The position numbers were made by a program, and so were the translations under genes. A model generated the notes under the pieces. That model was not told the DNA's origin, searched no databases, and saw nothing but the letters and a program-made list of their open reading frames with translations. A DNA stretch of 64,000 nt from Acidobacteriota bacterium (lineage in GTDB: Bacteria; Acidobacteriota; Vicinamibacteria; Vicinamibacterales; UBA2999), in NCBI GenBank assembly GCA_032156805.1, contig JALDXQ010000009.1, forward strand, positions 3,540 through 67,539, given 5' to 3'. This document shows positions 17,314-24,572 of this stretch, in pieces; the stretch's first letter is position 1; every line of letters starts with the position of its first letter.

Positions 17314-18101
17314 TACCGCGCGAGGTTGTTGATCTGCTGAAGCATCTCGTCGGCGGTGCGAATCACCTTCGAGTTCGCCTCGTACGCCCGCTGGCCGAGG
17401 ATCATGTTGACCATCTCCTCGACAACGCTGACGTTGGAGTCTTCGACAAAGCCTTGCGCCAGCGTGCCCAGGCCGTCGGTTCCAGGCACTCCGGTCGTGG
17501 CATCACCGGATGCCGTTGTCACTGAGAAGAGGTTGCCGCCGAGCGCCATCAAGCCGGCCGGGTTCTGAAAGTTGGCCAGCTCGATGTTGCCGACCTGCTG
17601 CGTGGCGTCCTGGTCGGGCAGTTTCACCGAGACAATGCCGTCCTTCGAGATCATGACGGTGACGGCGTTCTCCGGAATCGTGATCTGCGGCTCGATCGCA
17701 TAGCCATCGGCCGTGACCAACTGACCCTGACCGCTCAAATGCAGGTTGCCCGCTCGCGTGTAGGCAGTCTGGCCGCCGGTCAGTGTGACCTGCAGGAATC
17801 CCTGTCCTTCGATCGCCAGGTCCAGCGGGCTGTTGGTGGCGCGCAGACTGCCGGCCGTGAAATTGCGGGCCGTGGCGACTGGCCGCGAGCCGAGTCCGGC
17901 TTCGAGACCCACGGGCGCCTCGGTGTCCTGTGAGGTTGCGGTACCAGGCGTTCTGAGCTGCTGGTACACGAGGTCCTCGAACTCGACACGGCTCTTCTTG
18001 AAGCCGGTCGTGTTGACGTTGGCCAGGTTGTGCGCCACGTTGTCGATGTTGGCCTGCTGGGCATTCATGCCGCTCGCCGCCGTATACAACGCTCGAATCA
18101 T
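17313..18101 (-). CDS. flgG: Distal rod protein FlgG
   Basis: MIRALYTAASGMNAQQANIDNVAHNLANVNTTGFKK at the N-terminus and LGQRAYEANSKVIRTADEMLQQINNL at the C-terminus. Confidence 0.95.
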   Translation of the reverse strand: MIRALYTAASGMNAQQANIDNVAHNLANVNTTGFKKSRVEFEDLVYQQLRTPGTATSQDTEAPVGLEAGLGSRPVATARNFTAGSLRATNSPLDLAIEGQGFLQVTLTGGQTAYTRAGNLHLSGQGQLVTADGYAIEPQITIPENAVTVMISKDGIVSVKLPDQDATQQVGNIELANFQNPAGLMALGGNLFSVTTASGDATTGVPGTDGLGTLAQGFVEDSNVSVVEEMVNMILGQRAYEANSKVIRTADEMLQQINNLAR

Positions 18102-18130
18102 CGCTGAACCTTTCTCCGTATTCGTCGATT

Positions 18131-18185
18131 TAACGTGTAGGCCGGGTCCTGCTTTTGCCCTTCGACTACGCTCAGGGCACCCCGA
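18131..18185 (-). repeat. Conserved ~55-nt intergenic element, copy A (upstream of flgG)
   Basis: The core TTTGCCCTTCGACTACGCTCAGGGCACCC plus flanks aligns with 32044-32095 in the same orientation relative to the flagellar genes. Confidence 0.75.
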
Positions 18186-18196
18186 GCAACGTCGAG

Positions 18197-18229
18197 GGGC
18201 GGGCCCCGGTGGGCCACCGGGGCCCGCCC
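18197..18229. terminator. 33-nt GC-rich perfect palindrome just downstream of the flgF stop
   Basis: GGGCGGGCCCCGGTGG-G-CCACCGGGGCCCGCCC. No T-tract follows. Confidence 0.5.
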
Positions 18230-18240
18230 TACGCCGAGCC

Positions 18241-18960
18241 TTACTTCCGTCCGAGCTCCGTGATCGCGCGTCCGTCGATGTCGTTCATGAGCACCGAGAT
18301 TCCCTTCTGCAACGCTTCGAAGGCGCGCGAGACCTCGGTCATGGCCGCAACGCGCTCGACGACGGATACGTTGGACTGCTCCAGAGACCTGGTGAAGACG
18401 CGAGCATCTTCGACCTCGGTCGCTTCCAGGCTGTCTGGCGCGCTGAACCGTGCCCCCGTCTCGCGCACGAGACCGGCCTGATCTTCGAAGGTCACCACCT
18501 TGACCTTGCCGGCGATCGTCTGACCGACACGGATGGTGCCGTCAGCAGTCACCATGACCGGACCTTCCGTAAGGCGAATCTCACCGCTGTCACCAGCCAC
18601 CGGCATGTCGTCCATCGTCGTCAACAGGCCATCGGCCTGGAGCTTGAAGTTCCCGGCGCGCGTGTAACGCGTCCCGCCGGGCGTTTCGATCTCGAAAAAC
18701 CCCGGGCCTTCGATCGCCATGTCGAGATCGCGCCCGGTTGAGGCGATGGTGCCCGGCTGGAAGTTCGTCTTGTGCCCACCGTGCGTGACGTCGATCGCCG
18801 AATCGAGCGCTGACGCGAAGGCGCGCCTCGCCTCTTCGGTAGACGTCCGCTGGGTCTTGTAGCCGGCGGTGCCTGCATTGGCCAGGTCGGCAGCGAGCCG
18901 ATCCAGGTCATCGAGGCGCATCCGCATGCCACTCAGTGCGCTGTAAGCTCCGCCTGGCAT
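18241..18960 (-). CDS. flgF: Proximal rod protein FlgF
   Basis: ORF 18241..19281 trimmed to the ATG at 18960, preceded by GGAGGAG. MPGGAYSALSGMRMRLDDLDRLAADLANAGTAGYK. Confidence 0.85.
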   Translation of the reverse strand: MPGGAYSALSGMRMRLDDLDRLAADLANAGTAGYKTQRTSTEEARRAFASALDSAIDVTHGGHKTNFQPGTIASTGRDLDMAIEGPGFFEIETPGGTRYTRAGNFKLQADGLLTTMDDMPVAGDSGEIRLTEGPVMVTADGTIRVGQTIAGKVKVVTFEDQAGLVRETGARFSAPDSLEATEVEDARVFTRSLEQSNVSVVERVAAMTEVSRAFEALQKGISVLMNDIDGRAITELGRK

Positions 18961-19787
18961 CCTCGCTCCTCCTGCGTTCCTGTCACGAGCAGATCGCTGA
19001 TCTGTTGCGCCGCATTCACGCGCACCCAGCGATACGTGTTGCACTCGGCGTGCTGCATGGTCACCGCACGCGCCTGGGCCGCCATGTTGGCGATATGTGC
19101 AATCGCGTCGCTCACGCTCCTCATGGTCAACGCCTCGTGAGAGCGCCGCGTTTCCTGGGCCGGCCTGTAGGCATCGAGCGCCGCCTGACACACCGAATCG
19201 GTCACGAGAAAAATCTCCGGTGCCCATCCAGTCAGCCGCACGAGCGCCCGCATCGCTGCCCTGGGCACCGGTGCGGCGCACACGACGGACAACCTCTTCA
19301 GCACCTCGTCGGCCTCGAACGGCACGAGCCCGAGCGCGCGAACCGTTGCGGCCGGCAGCGGCACCGGGGCGCGCTCCACGCGGCTGACATCGAACGTCGC
19401 GAGGTACTTCACGCCAGCCTGTGTCGCCAGCGCACGCAGCACTTCTTCAGCCGTCGCGTAACCCAGACGCTCGAGTTGCTGGCCGATCTTCAGCCCGGTG
19501 CGGGCCGTGGCCTCGAGGGCCGCGTCGAGCTCAGGCTGCGTCACCGCGCCCGCGTGGCGAAGCAGGACACCAAGCTTCAGCGGTGGCAATCCCGACAGGC
19601 TTCTCCCCGGCGACCGCTCTTCGGTCAATCCGGCACGCACAGCCTGCTCGACGCAACTGCGCGAGCAGTACCAGAGGCCGTTGAACTGCAGGGCGCCGAT
19701 GCTGCGGACCGAGGGCCCGGCCACACGTTCGAGCGCAGCCAGGTTGGGTCGCCAGCGCCCGCACCTGTCGTCAGCGCACCGTGGCAT
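18933..19787 (-). CDS. Cys-cluster + MshEN/T2SSE_N-like domain protein (putative c-di-GMP receptor), no ATPase domain
   Basis: Residues 71-123 read KLGVLLRHAGAVTQPELDAALEAT-ARTGL-KIGQQLERLGYATAEEVLRALATQ, i.e. two 24-residue repeats with a 5-residue spacer. The N-terminus has CADDRC...YCSRSC. The gene overlaps both neighbours. Confidence 0.6.
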   Translation of the reverse strand: MPRCADDRCGRWRPNLAALERVAGPSVRSIGALQFNGLWYCSRSCVEQAVRAGLTEERSPGRSLSGLPPLKLGVLLRHAGAVTQPELDAALEATARTGLKIGQQLERLGYATAEEVLRALATQAGVKYLATFDVSRVERAPVPLPAATVRALGLVPFEADEVLKRLSVVCAAPVPRAAMRALVRLTGWAPEIFLVTDSVCQAALDAYRPAQETRRSHEALTMRSVSDAIAHIANMAAQARAVTMQHAECNTYRWVRVNAAQQISDLLVTGTQEERGCQAELTAH

Positions 19788-20169
19788 GAGCTTTCTCCCG
19801 CTGGGCAGCGTTGGCGAGCTGCAGGCGCAATCGCACTTCGCTCTCCGACATTTTTTCCGTGGCCGCGATGTCCTGCACCGATCGTCCCCGCCGTGCGGCC
19901 GTCGTCACACGACGCTGGGTCACGGCTCGCGTCTTCGGCTTCGGCGCCGGCGCTGTTCTCACGGCTGCCAGCCGCTCGATCTCCTGTGCGACGTCGCGTA
20001 ATCCACCCTCGACCGTGTCAGTGAGCAGCGAGATGCCGGCCGCCAGGTGCGCAACGCGATCACCGAGCGTGGCGATCCGCCGCTGCTGCAACACGTGCAT
20101 ACGGAATGACGCCGCCAGCGTCAGCAGCAGCACCACCCCCGCACCCGACCACACATAGATCTCCACCAC
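19771..20169 (-). CDS. Small membrane-anchored protein with a C-terminal HTH-like segment (DUF2802-like, from memory)
   Basis: N-terminal TM helix IYVWSGAGVVLLLTLAASF. C-terminal ARRGRSVQDIAATEKMSESEVRLRLQLAN resembles the DUF2802 tail seen in flagellar loci. Confidence 0.5.
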   Translation of the reverse strand: MVEIYVWSGAGVVLLLTLAASFRMHVLQQRRIATLGDRVAHLAAGISLLTDTVEGGLRDVAQEIERLAAVRTAPAPKPKTRAVTQRRVTTAARRGRSVQDIAATEKMSESEVRLRLQLANAAQREKAHATVR

Positions 20170-20996
20170 TACACCTCCATCGAACGCACACGTTCACGCT
20201 GACTGACCACATCCAGGATGCGGATGCCGTAGCTGCCCGAGACGATGACCACTTCGCCATGAGCCACGACGCGATTGCTGACGAGCACTTCCACCGGATC
20301 GTCCGGAGAGCGCCCGAGATCAATGACTGACCCGGGGCCGAGGCGCGTCAGCGCGCGCAGCGGGAGCTCCGTCTGGCCGAACCTCACGACGAGCGGAAGG
20401 TCGATGTCGAGAATGACATCGATGCGATCGTCGAACGATTGCTCGGGCGACGGCTCGGCGGCCTGAGCGGTCCTGGCTGGTGCCGGCGATGCCACTGACA
20501 CCGGCTTCGGGGCAGGCGCGGCTTTCGCGGCGGCCGCCTGGGTGGCGGTGAAGGCACCGGATATCGTGACCGTCAGCGCAACTGGAAGCTTCTCCGCGCT
20601 GATGGCGTAGGCAGCCCATTCGCCGTCGGGTACACGGCGCTCGCTCGGAACGACCTCACCAATCGACAGCTTCGCGCCGCGGGCGACCGGCTTGAGTGAG
20701 ACAGCACTGCCTGCCTGGGCCAGCACCTCGCGCAGCGTGTCGAGCAGCGCCTCGTCCGGGATGTTGCCTTCGATACCGGTCATGAGGCCCGTGACCGCAG
20801 TCCCGCCCTCATGATCGAGCACGACCGTCATCGTTCCGGTCAGCGCACCGTCGGCCTTCACTTCCACAACCCACTGCCGTCCCATTGCCGGTGCACCGGG
20901 CGCAACGGCGGCCGTGGAATCGATCATCGCCCCGACCACGACTGCCAGTTCGTCGGCGAAGGCGCCGAACATCTCGCGATTCACGTACGCACTCAT
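20169..20996 (-). CDS. FliN-domain switch protein with a long N-terminal extension (FliY-like)
   Basis: C-terminal SpoA/FliN domain DLPLVVRFGQTELPLRALTRLGPGSVIDLGRSPDDPVEVLVSNRVVAHGEVV. The N-terminal ~150 aa is CheC-like, with a degenerate D-x3-E-x2-A motif. Confidence 0.8.
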   Translation of the reverse strand: MSAYVNREMFGAFADELAVVVGAMIDSTAAVAPGAPAMGRQWVVEVKADGALTGTMTVVLDHEGGTAVTGLMTGIEGNIPDEALLDTLREVLAQAGSAVSLKPVARGAKLSIGEVVPSERRVPDGEWAAYAISAEKLPVALTVTISGAFTATQAAAAKAAPAPKPVSVASPAPARTAQAAEPSPEQSFDDRIDVILDIDLPLVVRFGQTELPLRALTRLGPGSVIDLGRSPDDPVEVLVSNRVVAHGEVVIVSGSYGIRILDVVSQRERVRSMEV

Positions 20997-21985
20997 GCGG
21001 CAGCTCCTTGCTGCACTGCGTTCTTGGTCAGCGATTCGATCTGTACACCGGCGCTCTTTCCGTGCTGTGTCAGCCGGCCACCAAAGCGACGGACCTGACC
21101 GATGTGCACGTCAACAGGCTGCGCCACGGAGTGGCCGAGCGACAGCACATCTCCCGGCTTCAGCGCAATCAGATCGCGCGCCGTCAACGTCGTCTCGAGG
21201 AGAGCCGTCACCGGCAGCGGCACGCGGCCCAGGTTGGCGTGCAGCCAGGCTTCTTCATCGGGAGTCGGCTGCTTGCGCGTTCGCTGCCATCCCTGCTCGA
21301 ACGCTTCGCCAACGGCTTCGATCGCAGCCGCGGGAATACAGATGTTCACCATCCCGCGCGTCTCAGCGATCCGAATGTCGAACACCAGCAGGATGACAAT
21401 CTCGGTCGGCCCGGTCACCTGCAGCATCTGCGGTCGCGTTTCGCGCGCCTGGATGCGGAACTCCATGTTGGCCACCGGCCGCCATGTCTCCGTCAGGTTG
21501 TCGAGCATCAGGTTGACGACCGAATCGACGACGTTCTGCTCAATCAGCGTCAGCGCACGATTGGGCCCGGGCGTCTGACCGGTGCCGCCGAGCAACCGAT
21601 CGACCATCGTGAAGGCAATCGACGGATTGATCTCGAGCGCTCCGACGCCGTCAAACAGGCTGAGATTCACCGCGTAGAACGCCGTCGGATCCGGCAGCGA
21701 CATGAGGAATTCCGAGTACGCGAACTGCTCCACCGAGACGATGCTCACTTCGGTCATCGCCCTGAGGAATGCCGACAGCGAGGTCGACACGTTCAGCGCA
21801 AACCGGTCATGCAGGAAATGCAGCGAACGTAGCTGCTCCTTCGAGACCCGATCGGGACGACGGAAGTTGTAGATGACGACGCCGCCCGAGGACGCGCCGT
21901 CGACCGGCTCGGCCGCACGCTCGGTGGCCGCTGCCGACGAAGCCAGCAGTGCGTCGATTTCATCCTGCGAGAGAATCTTGCTCAC
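20993..21985 (-). CDS. fliM: Flagellar switch protein FliM
   Basis: LSQDEIDALL (CheY-P-binding motif) and FRRPDRVSKEQLRSLHFLHDRFA. I place the start at GTG 21985, overlapping the fliA stop (GTGA) with GGAGG upstream. The track ORF extends to 22078. Confidence 0.9.
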   Translation of the reverse strand: MSKILSQDEIDALLASSAAATERAAEPVDGASSGGVVIYNFRRPDRVSKEQLRSLHFLHDRFALNVSTSLSAFLRAMTEVSIVSVEQFAYSEFLMSLPDPTAFYAVNLSLFDGVGALEINPSIAFTMVDRLLGGTGQTPGPNRALTLIEQNVVDSVVNLMLDNLTETWRPVANMEFRIQARETRPQMLQVTGPTEIVILLVFDIRIAETRGMVNICIPAAAIEAVGEAFEQGWQRTRKQPTPDEEAWLHANLGRVPLPVTALLETTLTARDLIALKPGDVLSLGHSVAQPVDVHIGQVRRFGGRLTQHGKSAGVQIESLTKNAVQQGAAA

Positions 21986-22728
21986 GCGCGTGCCTCCACC
22001 AGGCCGAGAGACCGGCGCAGCAACGTCCGCAGCCGTGATATGGCCAGTGAGCGCAGCTGGCTGACACGCGATTCGCACACGCCGATGACCTCGCCGATTT
22101 CAGCAAGGGTCAGCTCTTCCTGGTAATACATCGCCAGGATCTGTCGCTCGCGTTCGGGCAGTTCGTCGATCGCGCGTGCCAGGTGCACCTTGAGCTCTTT
22201 ACGCTCGAGTTGTGCCACGGCGTCTTCCGATGCGTCGATGCACAGCTCGACCAGCGGCGTTCCGTCCGGGGTTGGTGCATCGAGCTGACGCACCGAACCG
22301 ACTTCCAGCGTCCGCAACTGCTCGAGCGCCTTCTCGTAGGCAGGAACCGAAAGGTCCATCGCCTCGGCAATCTCGTCCTCGCGCGGCTCGCGCGCAAGAC
22401 GATGGCGCAGCGACGCCACCGCCGCGTCCATCTCGCGGCGCAGGCGACGAAGCGACCGCGGCGCCCAATCGAGCTCGCGCAGCGCATCGAGCATCGCGCC
22501 GTTCACCCGCCGGCGCGCAAACGCATCGAACGGCACGCCGAGCGTTGGACGGTACCGGGTCGCTGCATCGATCAGCCCCAGCACGCCAACGCTGATCAGA
22601 TCGTTCATCTCGACCTGCGACGGCAGGCGCTGAGCCAGTCGCTGGGCCAGCGTCTTGACCAGCCCCACGTGCTCCATCACCAGTCGATCACGAGCATCCG
22701 TGGTCGCGGCGGGCGTCTTCACGCGCAC
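21982..22728 (-). CDS. fliA: Flagellar sigma factor sigma-28 (FliA)
   Basis: Region 2 DLISVGVLGLIDAATRY and region 4 LTLAEIGEVIGVCESRVSQL. Follows flhF-flhG. Confidence 0.9.
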   Translation of the reverse strand: MRVKTPAATTDARDRLVMEHVGLVKTLAQRLAQRLPSQVEMNDLISVGVLGLIDAATRYRPTLGVPFDAFARRRVNGAMLDALRELDWAPRSLRRLRREMDAAVASLRHRLAREPREDEIAEAMDLSVPAYEKALEQLRTLEVGSVRQLDAPTPDGTPLVELCIDASEDAVAQLERKELKVHLARAIDELPERERQILAMYYQEELTLAEIGEVIGVCESRVSQLRSLAISRLRTLLRRSLGLVEARA

Positions 22729-23591
22729 TGAGACACCTCCGTGACTGGCTCCGGAACCGATGCCCCGACCGCCAGGCGCAGACCGCCCGGTCCGCGGCCG
22801 AGGCCGGCGAGACGCGAGGCCAGGATTCGGTAACAGCGGCTCGCCGCAGCCAGCGGCAAGTGGTCGACGACCGCACGCTGCACCAGCACCGAGTCGCGCA
22901 CGGCGCGGTCTTCGGCAACGAAGCCGTAATAGCGAAGCTGCCGCCCCAGGAAACGCACCGAGGCGGCGTCGAGCTGCTTGAAGGCCAGCGCCGCCTCGTC
23001 GCTGTCGCGTACCGAGTTGACGACCACGCCAATCTCGGTCTCCGGCGACATCCTCGTGAGGATCTTCGCGGTCGCGTAGGCATCGACGACCGCCGACGGC
23101 TCGAGCGACGTGACGACGGCGACGCGCTCGGCGAGGCGCAGCGTCTCCAGGACGTTGTCCGAGATCCCCGCGGCCGTGTCGATGAGGAGGAAGTCCAGGC
23201 GAGTCGCGAACAGGTGCATCGCGTCGCGCAGCATGCTGCGCTGGGCGGAGGTCAGAGCCGTGATCGACTGCAGCCCGGAACTGGCGGGAATGACCTCGAT
23301 GCCGAGCGGGCCTCGCACGACGATGTCGGACAACGACTTCTCACCGGCGAGCAGGTGACCGATGTGGCTCTCCGGCGTGAGGCCGAGCATCACGTCGATG
23401 TTGCCGAGCCCGAAATCGGCGTCGAGCACGCCAACGCGATGACCGAGGCGAGCGAGCGAGAGCGCCACGTTTACCGTGACGCTGGTCTTGCCAACTCCGC
23501 CCTTGCCACTGGTGATGGCAAGGACAGCGGCCGTGTTCGATCCGCCAGTCACGCCACCGCTCCTTGCACCAGCATCTCGCCCATGAGCCAA
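22719..23591 (-). CDS. flhG: MinD/ParA-type ATPase FlhG (flagellar number regulator)
   Basis: Deviant Walker A ITSGKGGVGKTSVTVN, then LDADFGLGNIDVMLG. The start may lie slightly downstream. Confidence 0.85.
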   Translation of the reverse strand: MAHGRDAGARSGGVTGGSNTAAVLAITSGKGGVGKTSVTVNVALSLARLGHRVGVLDADFGLGNIDVMLGLTPESHIGHLLAGEKSLSDIVVRGPLGIEVIPASSGLQSITALTSAQRSMLRDAMHLFATRLDFLLIDTAAGISDNVLETLRLAERVAVVTSLEPSAVVDAYATAKILTRMSPETEIGVVVNSVRDSDEAALAFKQLDAASVRFLGRQLRYYGFVAEDRAVRDSVLVQRAVVDHLPLAAASRCYRILASRLAGLGRGPGGLRLAVGASVPEPVTEVSQCA

Positions 23592-24571
23592 TCGGCGAGC
23601 ACGGCCGCGGTGACTCGATGCAGATCCACCGGCACGTTCTGTCCGGTGCCGAAGAAGGACAACGGCATTTGCCGCGCGCGCAGCACACCGACCAGCGGTC
23701 CGATGGTGTCGGCTTCGTCGACGCGTGTCAGCACGACTCGCGTCGGGCGGGCATCCGCAAATCGCTCGAACATCCGCTCGGCCGACCTGACCGACGTGGT
23801 GGCTGGCATCACCAGGTGCGTCCGCACGTTGGTCCGCGTGCCGAGCGCTCGAAACATCTCTTTCGAGACATCGTCTGACGGCGAACGGCCGGCGGTGTCA
23901 ACCAGCAGCGGGTGCGTCGTCTCGTCGAGCGCACGGGCGAATTCGTCCGGGGTGCGGGCCGCTGAAAAGGAAGACCCCAGGATGTCGGCATAGAGCCGCA
24001 ACTGTTCGATGGCGCCCACGCGGAAGCCGTCGGCCCCGAGCAGCGCAAGGCGCTGTCCGCGGCGTGCACGTTCCTGCGCAGCGATCTTGGCGATGGTGGT
24101 CGTCTTGCCCACGCCCGGCGGACCGACGAACACTTCGATTGGCGCGTAGGGTTCGTCGCCGGCGGCGATCACCGCAAGCTCTCGCGCCAGCGTTTCCTTC
24201 AAGCTGTCGGTATCAGCGCCCCGCCGGCGGCTGACCGGGTGCGACTTCGCAATTTCGCGCGCGAGGTCCACCGGGAGTCCGCTCGCCTCAAGCCGCGCGG
24301 TGATCTGGTCGATTGCCCTGTCGGAACGCGAGCGGGGCACCACGACGGCGGGCACAGCCGCGGCACGTTCGGGCTCGGAGTGTCGGGGCTCCGGCACCAT
24401 TGGCCGCTCTGCCGCCGCGGTCAACTCGATCTCGCGGCGGCCCATGAGGCCGCGCACACCTGTCGCTGTGACTTCACGAGTCGACAGCACCAACGCGTCG
24501 GGCCCCAGTTCTTCCCGAACGGCGCGAAGTGCGTCTTTGAGCGTTGCTCTGCGATAGCGCTTCAAATGCAT
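23549..24571 (-). CDS. flhF: SRP-type GTPase FlhF
   Basis: MHLKRYRRATLKDALRAVREELGPDALVL, FVGPPGVGKTTTIAKIA, LLVDTAGRS. Confidence 0.9.
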   Translation of the reverse strand: MHLKRYRRATLKDALRAVREELGPDALVLSTREVTATGVRGLMGRREIELTAAAERPMVPEPRHSEPERAAAVPAVVVPRSRSDRAIDQITARLEASGLPVDLAREIAKSHPVSRRRGADTDSLKETLARELAVIAAGDEPYAPIEVFVGPPGVGKTTTIAKIAAQERARRGQRLALLGADGFRVGAIEQLRLYADILGSSFSAARTPDEFARALDETTHPLLVDTAGRSPSDDVSKEMFRALGTRTNVRTHLVMPATTSVRSAERMFERFADARPTRVVLTRVDEADTIGPLVGVLRARQMPLSFFGTGQNVPVDLHRVTAAVLADWLMGEMLVQGAVA

Positions 24572-24572
24572 G

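Noticed and set aside
18102-18240. Sigma-28 or sigma-54 promoters in the flgF-flgG and flgE-fliK gaps.
   Set aside because: Neither gap contains GCCGAT-type or GGCAC-N5-TTGC-type motifs at sensible spacing on the coding strand. The gaps are better explained by the conserved repeat plus hairpin.
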